DNA of 64,000 nt from Eledone cirrhosa (taxonomy: Eukaryota). The stretch is from NCBI GenBank assembly GCA_964016885.1, contig OZ024742.1, positions 266,848,001 through 266,912,000 on the forward strand, in the 5' to 3' direction. Positions 27,375-40,400 of this stretch are shown one piece after another. Position numbers and translations under genes: made by a program. Under the pieces are notes generated by a model, which ran no database searches, was not told the DNA's origin, and worked only from the letters and a program-made list of their open reading frames with translations. Position 1 is the stretch's first letter; the number at the start of each line of letters is the position of its first letter.

Positions 27375-30087
27375 ACGGACGATAAGAACATTTAAGAAAT
27401 TTCCAAAAGTGATAGACCTCGATGACGGCAATCACCTCACCGTGACTGTCGAGAGTAGAATACCAATGTGTGGAGAGAAAACCCACTCAAAGGTCTTCTG
27501 CCTTCAGGAATTGGCCCCAAAATTAAGGCCACACCTCCTACCTACACCATTTCCCTTACTAGCTCGACAAACAACAACAGCAGCAGCAACAGTAACAGGA
27601 GCACCACCACCATTCACCACGCCAGAAGCAACATTAGCGCCATCCACCACCCCACAAGCAACACCAACGCATATGGAGGACATGTCACTCCCTGACCTCT
27701 CACAACTGGAGACGGATTGTGACAAGGGGAAGGGGTGGAAAGCCGTCAAAAATAAAATAAAATAAAGAACTCTCTTCCTTCGCCCTAAAAAAGAGGGCAA
27801 AACAAACACACATAAAAAAGCTAAAACATCAACGTCGATACCATCAACCACACCATCATCTCCAGCCCCAGCACCACAAGCACCAACAGAATCACCACCA
27901 TGAAACCCCCAAACCGCAACAACAAACACCAACAACAGGCCAAACAGAAACAAACCAAAATGCGCAACCATAACAAACGCAAACACAAGAAAACAATATA
28001 AAATAAAACGCACTACTCGGCTTCAAACGGGAACAACAAAGAATTATTGCACTGCATCCAGCACAACACCAGCATCAGAGAAAAAAGACTACATTACAGC
28101 CCAAAATTCACACCGACCACACATACAAATAACACGCATCTCCCAAAAGACACACTATACCAAATCGAAAATTCTCCAATGACATTGGAGATAACTGTGA
28201 AACAGCCTCCAGGAGGATATACAAAGACATCCTTGCGAACAGTGCCAAAATCAGACAAAAGGAAGGAGGAACCGTCCTTCCTCCACAGAACCAAGGTAAA
28301 TGGACTTCTCCACCTTTTCCTAATCTTTTTCATCATGGCCTTACTGAGAATACAGCTGGGTGTGTCGTGGCGGTACTGAGGGAGGCCGGCTTTGAGCCCG
28401 TCTTCAGAGGCTGGATCGCTGCCATGCACAGCGATATCTGCTCTGTGGTGAGAGTGAACGGTCACCTTTCCGAACGGTTCAATATCATGCACTCGGTCCG
28501 CCAATGAATGCCCTCTCGCCCCCGTTGTATGTATTGACTCTCGAACAATTACCGCAAAAAATTAAAGACGTTAAGGGGCATACCGCGCGAACTGGGATGT
28601 GGGAGAACCGCAGTAATCGGCACTACTATAAAGACAATTCGAGTCGGTGACGGGAACAAAAGTAAACCCGGAAAAGTCGGTGGGCTTGCAGCTCGCACCT
28701 GGAGAGTCAGGTCCATGCCGTCCAACAACATTCTCGGACGCTGGACAGACGGACCGGTTAAATTGCTAGGGTCTCATTTGGCCCGGACACCCAAATGGAC
28801 ATAAACTGGGACGAGGTAACGTGCAAGGTGGTCTCTCTCACCCAGATATGATCTGACAGAAAGCTATTCCTGAAATGTCTGGCGAAGGTGGCGAACGCGT
28901 ATATCGTGTCCGTCATTTACCACTACCTGTCTGTAGAGCGATGTACTAAGCCTGACTGACTGCACGGGAGCGTTTGCTCTATCACTTTTTCTGGAAGGTA
29001 CGTGCTCCACTACGTGGAAGGCTTGGCATTCCGTGGTTAATGATGCACAAACATGCGGTGAGGATCCGACATCTCCAGCTCTTCCTTGACGGTGAACGAG
29101 TGTTGTCACCGTTTGCTCGACGCGTTTTTTCTAAGCTCGTCTCCTTGACAGCGATGCTGTCCTGAGTAAAGCGAAGACTGAGAGGGAGCGCTTGGAGACT
29201 GGAATGTCTTCAGACGCTCATAGGCCTCAGCTAATCGGGCACTACGATCGGTGGAATCTCCATCTTGGCGTTCTATAAAGGGTTAGTGGAGGGTAAGAGC
29301 GAAGATGTCCCTGGGGGACGCTCGCCGTTGATCAAAATCAACTAGCCAATCTCTTCCGGAGAACTTTCAGGCCAGGGCCCATGGACAATTTCCAAAAATC
29401 GCTGGCTTGGCAGTGATACCGAGGAGCTTTGCCACTTCGGTATATACTCTACAGGCATGGAAAACCGGACCTGCCAGAGACGCGCACAAGTCGACGAAAC
29501 CGTGCTGCACGCACTCGTCCAGAGTCCGAGCATTAATAACTTGAGGTTTTATGTCGAACATCTTCTGTCACGTGTAGGACTGATCCCGCCATCGACCGAG
29601 TCCATAGTGAAGATCAACCCGCCGCCTTCTTTTGTCCAGGAAGGGCAGGCAATTTACCTCTGCCTGGTGGCAATAGCGAAAGAAGTGTTATGGTGGACCA
29701 GGTTGAAAGGATTGAAGACAGACACTTTTCTATTTGGCCAATCCCTCATCAACTATTTCAAGTTTCACTTGGAAAGGAAGGTGAAGATGGATAGAAAAGA
29801 GCTTCCCCCATTACATTTGCTAAAAGGTGGGTTAATGTGGCGAGAATGGCCCGTGTGGGTGGGCCTACTCTAACCTTGCGTCTGTAGGCTAATGAATTTG
29901 AGTAGGGTGAGGGGTGCTCCTCAACCCTGACCCTGCGTGGCTATCCTCCCTATTGAGAAACTGTTGTTTGTAATTTTATTGTTTATTGTTATTGTTTTCA
30001 TATTTTACTCGATTTTTGTGTAAAACTTCCACCGACTCCGTCTATTGTATTGTACCCTGTATGTCGGCCCTTGTGGCCAATAAAGAA

Positions 30088-30147
<60 letters not shown>

Positions 30148-30153
30148 TATAAT
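27375..30153 (+). mobile_element. Tx1/L1-clade LINE copy F, 5'-truncated and internally deleted, (AAT)n tail
   Basis: ORF1 remnant CGEKTHSKVFC; ORF2 start MALLRI jumps at ~28355 into RT; C-terminal ETVLHALVQS, WWTRLKGLKTDTF; 3' end ggcccttgtggccaataaagaaa. Confidence 0.88.
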
Positions 30154-30154
30154 A

Positions 30155-30930
30155 AGGAAGAAGACGCACGAGGTGACGGAGGTCATGAAATCGCTCCCGT
30201 AAGTTTTGAATTTTTAACATATTTAAATCATTTGTGAAATAACAACTCTTAGTACAAATGCTACGTAAAGCACCCGGCTTGAGCCCCAAAAAATTCGGAC
30301 CCAAAATATATTGTTATAAGGCTCAAATATTCAAATATTCAACTTTGTATTGTACACTGTATATCCAAAAAAGAAAATGGCTATAAATGGAAGAAGACCC
30401 CCCCCCTCCTCTGTCTACACTATATAGAACAGCCAAACTCACCAGCACCAGAAACTAGATACACCACCCACCCCATCACCTGTGTACACTAAACCACCAC
30501 CGCTCACTACGGCCATCATTACAACCATTATCCCATCACCGCCGCCACCACCCCTTCACTCCTTCACTGCTACCACCGCTACAGCACCATCACTACAGTA
30601 ATACGGTCACATCACCGCCACCACTGCCTCGGTATCGACATCACCACCACCACTGTCTCAGTATCGCTACCGCCGCCAGTCTCCCACTTCTTCTTTTAGC
30701 TGGCTGCTGCCACCACATTATAGAATCCCTACTGCTAAAAAAGAGGAAGGGATCAAAATATATAGATAGACTCAAAAGAAAAAAGAAAAAACAAACAACA
30801 AAACCAAAGCAGCACAGCAACAACAGCAAAAAACGAGAAAAACAAACAGAGAAAAACAAAAAAAAAAACAAAAAAAAAAAACAAAAAAAAAAAAAAACAA
30901 ACAAAAAAAAAACGTAAAGAAAATAAGAAT
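30155..30930 (+). mobile_element. 5' end of another Tx1-like LINE (copy G) with low-complexity ORF1 start
   Basis: ggaggtcatgaaatcgctcccgtaag resembles the 5' terminus of copy C (ggacgtcattttgctcgctcccagtaag); followed by ACC-rich and A-rich tracts. Confidence 0.45.
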
Positions 30931-31150
30931 GAAGAGAGAAGCAGGCGGACGGACAGAGAAGAGGGGGGAAAAACTAAAGCTTAAAAAACAAAAACTAAGT
31001 CAGACATTCGAACACTACATTACAATGAAACTTATGCTTATTCATTTTTGGGGCCCTTTCTGCCTGTGTGTTTGTTTGTTTATGTGTGTTCGTATACAGC
31101 GTGGTGATAATGCCACACAAGGGCCAAGTGGAATGGCGGATCCACAGATG

Positions 31151-31227
31151 GATATGTAACCATACATTCGCCAATCCTCGATAAGAGTGTTTAAATATCG
31201 AACATAAACAGTTCGAATAACGGTGAA
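31151..31227 (+). ncRNA. Candidate HDV-like ribozyme in the 5' UTR of the R4/Dong element
   Basis: Order P1 gatatgt / P2 ttcgcc / TCCTCG loop / P1' aaatatc / P4 aac..gtt / cgaa / P2' ggtgaa, abutting the ATG; L3 is long and P1.1 imperfect. Confidence 0.35.
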
Positions 31228-34200
31228 ATGGAGACTAGAACGTCATGTGACAGACTCTCACCCAACAGGTGCCCCCTGGCTCAGCAGCAGGAACCTGACT
31301 GTCAACCAAATACTGCTGATGTTGGAGGAAGGAGAAGAAGGAAAGGGGCCAGAACCAACTGGACGAAAGAATTGAATAGAACTGTTATGCAATGTTACCT
31401 GAAAAGTAACCCCAAGGAGAGGGGCTACAGGAGACGGATGCATAACATCTGGAACGAGATTGGTTTATTTAAATTAGATGAACAAAAATTGGCCGGGCAG
31501 GCTCGGGTAATAAAAACTAATGGATGGATAAGCGAGCTGGAACTGGAGGAACTGAGCAGAGAGAATGGCTTGGAGATGGCGGGTGTAGTATGCCAGACAA
31601 GCGAGCCAGTGGGAAATGAAGGTGAAGAGGTCCTGAGAACGGAGGAACCACCCGAAGCAGACAATGATCTGAATACTGAGATAAATAATACCTGGAACAG
31701 AGATACGGCCACTGAGGAGATGAATGCTGACGGGCTAGGACAAGATTCGGTTGACATCCTAAATTTAGTGGTAGATGAATTGAACAATGATAGTGGGAGA
31801 GCTATGAACCTAAGATTTGTAGACAGGAAAAAGTTAAAAGAAACAACAGCTAAGGTAAACAAAGTCATCCCATACCTTGAGGCGAGGAGCCTTCACCAGT
31901 GCAACAATATCCTCAAAGCAACAGAAAATACGGTGAGGAAACTACTTGGTATAAAAGCGAGAGGAAACAACAGACAAGAAAGAGCAGAGCCGTGGTGGAA
32001 GAAGCGACTGAGTGGGCAAATCGGGGAAATGAGAAATGACATAGGAAAGCTTGAGTCACTACTGAATGGGACACTAAAAAACATAGGCACTAAAAATAGA
32101 CTGGAAATAAAATACAAAACTAGGAGGAAAAAGCTAAATATTATCATAGAGGAACTGAAGCAACGCGTTGTAGCAAAGAGTGCAAAAATCAGGCGATACG
32201 AGAACAGAGTCAGTCAGTATAAACAGAACCGCATGTTCGACAACAACCAGAAGATGCTGTTTGGACAGCTTGAGGGGAAAGAAAGAGGCAACGACTTGAT
32301 CCCTGGGGCGGAGCAAACTAAAACATTCTGAAGAGGAATATGGGAGCAGGATGTTAGACACAATGCCCAGGCAGGGTGGATTGAGACAGTACAGAGGGAG
32401 ATCGGTGAGCAGGCACAACAACAAACTGATTTGAGTATCACAGTTGAAACTCTTAAGGGGCAGGCCAAAAAACTAACCAGCTGGAAATCACCAGGCCCAG
32501 ATGGTGTGCAGGGGTATTGGATTAAACATTTAACATCCCTCCACCCGAAGCTGACGGCCATGTTCAATAACTGCTTGGTGTCGGGTGAGGTGCCAGAGTG
32601 GTTGACAAAAGGTACCACAGTTCTGATAATGAAAGACCGAATCAAGGGTAATAATGTTACCAACTATAGACCTATCACATGTCTGTCCGTAATGTGGAAA
32701 CTGTTGACGAGCATTGTGTCTGAGGAAATCTACCATCACCTCCACACAAATAACTTGTTACCGGACGAACAGAAAGGATGCCGAAAGAAGTCACGTGGTA
32801 CAAAGGACCAGTTGCTTATTGATAAGATGGTAATGGGGAATTGCAGGAGGAGACACACTGATCTTGCCATGGGATGGATAGACTACAGAAAGGCATTTGA
32901 CATGGTGCCTCACTCCTGGATCACCAAAAGCCTGGAGATCTTCAGGGTGGCAGATAACATCAGACAGTTGCTAGGCAGGAGTATGGGGTCCTGGGAGACA
33001 GAGTTGACATCAACTGGAGTATCCTTGGGAAGCGTGAAGATCAAGAGAGGTATCTTCCAGGGAGATAGCCTGTCCCCTCTGTTGTTTGTCCTTGCCCTGA
33101 TGCCCTTGACCATTATGCTGCGAAAAGTGAGAGCAGGATACAAGTTGGGAAGGGGAGAGCTTACCATCAATCACCTCCTCTTCATGGACGATCTTAAGCT
33201 CTTCGGGAAAAGTGAGAAGGAGTTGGATGTGCTTGTTGACACTGTCCGTATTTTCAGCAGTGATATATGTATGCAGTTTGGTATTGGTAAATGTGGAGTC
33301 ATTGTGATGAAGAGGGGTAGGTTGAGCAGAAGTGACGGGATCCAGATACCAACAGGTGAGATGATAAAGGAAATTGACTCTGAGGAAGGATACAAGTATT
33401 TGGGCGTTCTGGAGGCTGATGGCATAAAGAACAAAAAAATGAAGGAATTGTTAAGAACTGAATACATTCGGAGAGTAAGGAGCGTATTGAAGTCACATCT
33501 GAACAGCAGAAATGCCATAAGCGCAGTAAATTCCCGAGCTGTGTCTATTATTAGGTACAGTGCGGGAATTCTGAGATGGAATGTTGCCGAACAAAAAGAA
33601 ATGGATAGGAAGACTAGGAAGCTATTGACTATCTACAACATGTTCAACAAGAGGAGTGATGTCGATAGACTCTACCTAAGGAGATCTGAGGGTGGAAGAG
33701 GTCTTATCAGCATAGAGGACTGTGTTCAGATGGAGAAAAACAACCTATACAAATACGTGACCTATAGTAAGGAGCCAATGCTCAGAACTGTACTGAAGGA
33801 GGGGACAGTAGGCCAGGGGATGTCCAAGGAGGAAATAACATCAAGGAGGAAGAGCAGCCTTAAGGGAAAATCCCTTCATAGTACCTTCTTTGAGAAAACT
33901 GAATTTAGAGATCCACAGACATGGAACTGGTTGAGAAGAGGAGACCTCAAAAAGGTTACAGAAGGAATGCTAATGGCTGCGCAGGAGCAGGCCCTCAAAA
34001 CGAAGTGGTTGAAGCACCATATCTACAAGGAGGAGGCTAGCCCACTGTGCAGGATCTGTGGAGAGAGGGAGGAGACTGTGGCTCACATTGTGTCCGAATG
34101 TAAACACCTAGCCCAGACCCACTATAAGGGCTGGAGACACGATGTGATGGGCAGGGTGATCCACTGGCACCTATGCAAAGTAAACAATTTACCACATTCT

Positions 34201-34620
34201 GAGAAATGGTATGAGCATAGGCCAGAGGCGGTGATGGAGAACAATCAGGTGAAGGTGCTGTGGGATTTTAGGATACAGACGGACAAAAAACTGGAACACA
34301 ATAGACCTGACCTGGTGGTTGTGGACAAAGAAAAAAGAGCGTGTCTGATTGTGGATGTGGCCTGCCCGTTCGACACGAGAGTGCAAGAGAAGGAGAGGGA
34401 GAAAATTAACCGATACCAGGACCTAAAGTGGGAGGTGAAAAGGATTTGGAACTGCCATGAAGTCAAAGTGATCCCGATTGTCATAGGCGCACTGGGGACT
34501 ATCTCCAAAAGTTTCCAGGGATGGTTAAAGAAAATCGGCCCCTCCACGCTTTTTGGAACGCTTCAAAAGGCATGCTTGCTTGGAACAGCAAGAACCCTCC
34601 GATACGTCCTGAATATCTGA
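31228..34620 (+). pseudogene. RT-RLE polyprotein (~1130 codons) with one in-frame TGA at 32329-32331
   Basis: ORFs 31228-32331 and 32431-34620 share a frame and the gap is open. Myb-like N-terminus (NWTKELN), RT (WKSPGPDG, YRPITCL, DYRKAFD, GIFQGDSLSP, LFMDD), CCHC + RHD, RLE (RPDLVV, IVDVACP, KINRYQDL). Confidence 0.93.
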
Positions 34621-34727
34621 GGCTGCAGGTAGTGGCTTGATATTCAATCCAACGGGCTTTCCAGTTAACCAACATCAATGACTGAGATTCAAGGAATAAC
34701 AACAATAATAATAATAATAATAATAAT

Positions 34728-37351
34728 GGGGCGGAATCACTGGCAACAGAACAAATTAAAGAAAGGATCGAAAAAGTGGAGGGAGTGCATGCTCAAGATG
34801 AAGCTCCAAATGAAAATAATGAGATCGTAAATGATAAAGAAATGAATGAGAATGAACTTGCCAACTTGAAGGATGAAATTATGATCGAATGGATGAAAAT
34901 GAAAGAATCTAACATGGGGCAACGAGACACCCTCCCTTAGATCCAGAACTCCAAACAGAACCAAAAGATAATACACAAGACTAACATAATTCTCAAAAAT
35001 ATTATCATCACAAACAAACTAAACATTACTGATTTAAATCATCTCTATTATGCATCGGCTAAAGTCACCACTCACTTAAGATGAAAAAACAAAGGAATTC
35101 CCACAAGAAATCTACTTGGCAAGAGAACATCAATCGCCAAATAAACCTTCTCTGATCTGACATAGAAATTTTAACAAACTATAAAGTAGGTGAACATGTT
35201 AAACAAACTAAACTTAGAAAATTGAAAAAAAAGTGCAGTATAAAATCAACAAGTGACATAGACATGCTGATAGAAATAATCAAGCAAAAAGTGTCGGCCA
35301 AAGCTGCTCGTATAAGGCGCTTTGAAAAACGATCTAGATTCTATAAGGACAATAATATGTTCAAAAACAACCAAAGAAACTTCTACAGAAAAATTGGTAA
35401 GTCAACAATAACTGCTAAATCAATACCACCCAAGGAGGAAGTGCAAGAATTCTGGGAAAAGATCTGGGCCGAAGAAAAAGTTCATAACATACATGCCCCA
35501 TGGATAGACAGACAAATGAAAGATACAGCTCACCTTGAGGAACAAATATGGGAAAATATAACAGTTGAACAGTAAGAAAAACCAGCAAATGGAAATCCCC
35601 AGGAAAAAACAAAATACAAAACTTTTGGATAAATGCCTTCACAGAGCTGTTAGCCCAACTTTACAATGAAATAGTTAAGGAGCCAGAAAAGATACCATCA
35701 TGGCTAGTTAACGGCATTACATTCCTGTTTCCGAAGAATGATGAGACAAACAATCCCAAAAATTACAGACCGATAACTTGCTTGACCACAATGTATAACA
35801 TTTTAACATCAGTCCTAACTGAATGCACCTGATAACAAATGACCAATTTCCCATTGAGCAGAAAGGGTGTAAACGAGGCTCATATAGCTGTAAGGATCAG
35901 CTTCTGGTTAACAAAATGATACTGGAAGATTGTCATAATAGACACAAAAATCTATCGATTGCTTGGATAGATTATAAAAAAGCATTCGATAGTTTGCCAC
36001 ACAGTTGGATTGAAAAATGTTTAGAGATTTTCAAAATATCCCCCGTTGTCAGGAGGTGTTTGTCATTCAGTATGAAGACATGGAAAACGACACTCCTTTT
36101 GTATAGTGAAACAAAATCACTGGAAGCTGGAGAAGTTAATATTAATTGTGGAATTTTTCATGGTGACTCTTTATCACCGCTTTTATTCTGCATCGCACTT
36201 ATACCATTAAGTAAAATGCTCAATGAAACAAAACATGGATATAAAGTCTATGACAAAACCATTAATCACTTGTTCTACATGGATGACCTAAAACTATTTG
36301 CAAAAAATGATGCAAGGGCTATTATCCACTGTGGAGCAGTTCAGTGATGACATTAAAATGGAGTTTGGACTAGATAAATGCGCCAAAGCCACGTTCACCA
36401 GAGGAAAGCTGCTGAAGAGTTCAGACATTAATCTTGATCGGGGGAACGTGATAAGAGAACTTGATCAAGAAAAAACTTATAAATAACTAGGTGTTTGTGA
36501 AGGAGACGGAATCAAGCACTCGACAATGAGGGAAAGGATAAGGAAGGAATGTTCCCGCAGAGTAAGAGCAATCTTAAGAACAGAATTGAATGCAAGGAAT
36601 AGGATCGATGCCATAAACACGCTTGCCATACCAGTAGTAACCTACAGTTACAATGTCATCAACTGGTCAAGCACAGAGATCCGTAGGCTCGATACAAAAA
36701 TTCGAAAATTCTTAACCATGCACAGAATGCATCACCCTAAGGCAGGTATAGATAGAATATATCTCCCTAGGAAAGAAGGAGGACGTGGGTTAATCCAGTT
36801 AGACATTGCGTTGAAAACTGCAACAATTGGATTATCTACATATCTAAGGGAATCACATGATTGGATGATCAAGCTCGTTTTGAAACACGAAAGCACCAAA
36901 AGATCATATTCCATTACAAAAGATGCACAAAGATACAGTAATGGACTACAAATTTCAGAAGTCCAATTTACTGCTGAAATGGAAAACACAGAAAAAGCAA
37001 AACAGGTAAAAGTAACTGCAAAGAAAGAACTGCTATGTGGAAATTGAGAACTAAAACAATACCAGTGGTTGTAGGCGCTCTGGGAATGATACCTAAGGGG
37101 TCTAATGATTACTTATCGCAAATCCCAGGAAACCTGCGTATAGGAGAAATACAAAAGATAGTACTAATGGGAACTGCCCATATACTAAGGAAGATTCTGT
37201 CAATATAAGTACATCACAAGTCTGAACACCTAAAGATGCATGTGTGAGTATGTATGTTCTTTCTTGAACATGGCGGACCTTGTTGTCTCTTGAGGTCACT
37301 AGTTGTGACTTGGTGATAACTCGTAGGAACATAAAGCAAGATAAATGCAGC

Positions 37352-37352
<1 letters not shown>
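34728..37352 (+). mobile_element. Second, decayed R4/Dong-clade LINE (different subfamily)
   Basis: Fragments [39 protein letters not shown]; deletion near 37047 removes the Zn knuckle and RLE core; end IPVVVGALG...GTAHILRK; flanked on both sides by (AAT)n. Confidence 0.9.

Positions 37353-37426
<74 letters not shown>
37353..37426. repeat. (AAT)n tract shared tail-to-tail by the Dong copy (+) and Tx1 copy B (-)
   Basis: Directly visible trinucleotide run between two element 3' ends. Confidence 0.95.
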
Positions 37427-37427
<1 letters not shown>

Positions 37428-40400
37428 CTTTCTTTATTAACCACAAGGGTTTACATAAAGTAGACATTAAGGACAGTACAGGACAATACAGGACGGTACA
37501 AATGGGCATTTCTGCGTGTAAAAAAACAGAGGATGTAATCAAAAATAACAAAGAAAAATTCCCCATTAGAGGGGAGACTTCCGAGGGACATTTGTGGAGA
37601 AAGCCCATTAAAAGGCCACAGTGACCCTGACCACCAGGGCAAGTGCCCTCTCCCAGTTTTCCACATTTAATTTACAGACACATACTCAGAGTAGGCCCAT
37701 TCACTCGGGCTATACTTGCTTCTCTCACCCATCTTTCAACAATATGCTGGGAAGAGAGCACTTCCCTCTCTACCCTGATTTTCATTTTCAAATGATATTT
37801 GAAAAAGTTAATCAGGGCATCACAGAAGAGGTAAGTGCTCGTCTGCAGCCCTTTCAAACGTGTCCACCATACTATCTCTTTCGCCATGGCCACCAGACAG
37901 ATAAAAACTGTCTGCCCTTCCCGGCTAAAGGAAGAGGGCGGGGCAATCCTCACGATGGACTCAGCTGATAGCTGGATCATTCCTACACGTGACAGCAGGT
38001 GTTCGACATAAACCCACAAGTCAGAAATGCTCGGACACTGGACGAGTGCGTGCAGGACGGTTTCGTCGCCCTGCGCACATCTCGGACATGCCCGGCTAAC
38101 GCCACCACTGTCCATAGGCCCCGGCCCGAAAGTCCTACCGAAGAGATTGGCTAGTTGATTTTCGTCGACGCCTAGAGTTTCTCCAAGTACGTCGTCGCTC
38201 TTCCCCTCCACTAATCCTCTATAGAACGCCAAGATGGAGTTTCCACCGATCACATTGCCCGATTGGTCGAGGGCTGTGAGCGCCTGAAGACATTCCAGTC
38301 TCCAAGCGCTCCCTCTCGGTCTTCTCTTGACCCAGGACTGCAGCTCCGTCACGGAGACGAGCTGGGGAAAGACGTGTTTAGCAAACGGCGACCACACCTG
38401 ATCACCGTCGAGGAAGAGGTGGAGATGTCAAAGCCTGAGCGTGTATCTGCGCATCATCAGCCACGGCAAGCCCAGCCGTCCACGTAGCGTGTGTTGACAG
38501 CAGATGGACCGCCTGACCATCGGAGCGCGTCCCTTCCACAAGAAGCGAAAGAGCAAACGCTCCAGCGCAGTCAGGCGGAGCTTAGGACAAGGTACAACGG
38601 TCAGGCGGTAGTAGATGACGGACGCGATGTACGCATTAGCCACCTCCGCTCGACCTATCAGGGATAGCTTCCTCTCCGCCCATTTCTGGGTGAGAGAAGC
38701 CACCCTGCTCGTCACCTCGTCCCAGTTTTTGTCCGTCTGGAAGTCCGTACCGAACCAGACCCCTAGCAATTTAACCGGTCCGTCCGTCCAGCACCCTACG
38801 ACGCTGTTGGACGGCATGGACCTTCCTCTCCAGGTGCCGAGCTGCAGGCCCACTGACTTTTCCTGGTTGATCATTGCTCCTGTCACCGCTTCGTATTCTC
38901 TTAGTGTAGTGCCGATCGTCTCGATGTGTTTGGCGTTCGACACCACTACGGTGACATCGTCCGCATATGCTGACACGGATCTTCCGCATCCTAGTTCGCG
39001 CGGGACCCCCCTCAACGTCTCCAGTTTTTGCAGTAATGGCTCGAGAGTCAATACGTACAAGAGGGACGAGAGGGGACATCCTTGGCGGACCGAGCGCATG
39101 ATGTTGAACGGTTCCGAAAGGTGACCGTTCACTCTCACCAAAGAGCAGATGTCGCTGTGCAAGGCAGCAATCCAGCCTCTGAAGACGGGCCCTGGAATGC
39201 CGCTAGGTAACGATGGTCGACCCTATCGAAAGCTTTCGACTGATCTAAATTGATCAAGGACCCATCCGTGCCAGGTTCCCTAGCTACCCTCTCTACGATG
39301 TATCGCATGAGGTGGAGGTTGTTGTGGATGGATCTGTCGGGAATGGCGCATGTCTGCGCCTCTCCCACCAGACCACCAACGACAAGCGCCAACCTCTTTG
39401 CTAGCACCTTGGCCAAAATCTTGAACTCTGTGTTTAGCAGAGTTATTGTCCTAAAATTATCTATGTTATCCACCTTGTTCGGATCCTTTCTCAGCAGTGC
39501 CAATGCTCCTCGGCTCACAGAGCTGTGAATTCTCCCGTTCTGTTGCCAGTTGCAGTAGATGTCCGCCAAGAGGCCTCCGAACAAGTCTGGCATCTGTACG
39601 TAAAGTTCATAGGGCAGACCATCCAAACCAGGCGATTTACCCCTTGTGCAGCTAGTCATTGCCTCCCTTACTTCAGCGGCTGTTATCGGCTTTTCGCAAC
39701 ACTCCGCCTCAGTGGCCGAGAGCCGCGGCAGTCCGTCGAGGTAGACACTAAAGTCCATCCCTCGATCCGGCCCGCCGCTGCCCCCGAACAACTGAGCGAA
39801 GTGTCGCTGAAAAGCTTCACACATTTGCCCGGGATCGAGTAGCATGCGCCCGTCGTGGTTCTCCAAAGACCGGATCGTGGCTTTGTTGCCACGACGCGCC
39901 TCCGCCACTCGGGCCCATTGAACGGCTTTCGTCCCCTCGTGTCTGAGAGCACGCACCCTAGCTCTGACAACGCAGCCTTCGTGCTTTGCATTGAAGAATT
40001 GGTCAAGGGCCAATTTCGCTGCAAGTAGGTCGGTCGCGACGCCTTTGCTAAGCGCCTCGTCTAATTTCCTAACTAATTCTCCCTCTGCTCTATTTTTCTC
40101 TATTGCTAAAGCCTTACTAAACCTAATGGACTCTATTCTAATTGCTCTTTTCAGAGCAAACCACCACTTGTTGTTGACGATGGCCCCCGTCAACGCCCGC
40201 TTAACTAGTTTGCTAATCCGGTCTCTGTAGACCTTGCGCGCTGGTAAGGACGCGTTTAGCTTCCAGTAGCCGGGTCCTCGTCTATGAAGCCTATCTAAGT
40301 CAAGCACACAGATCACGAATTTGTGGTCCGTGTATCTGACTATCTTGAATTGTGGACAGCCTATGCTAGACCTATCTATTTCTCTACAAAATACTGTATC

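Larger units (their letters stand above)
31030..34727 (+). mobile_element. Near-intact R4/Dong-clade non-LTR retrotransposon with (AAT)n tail
   Basis: Single long frame 31228-34620, short 3' UTR, then aataacaac(aat)n. 5' boundary approximate. Confidence 0.92.

Noticed and set aside
32329-32331. Selenocysteine codon
   Set aside because: The position aligns to Trp rather than Cys and no SECIS-like hairpin was recognised in the short 3' UTR.
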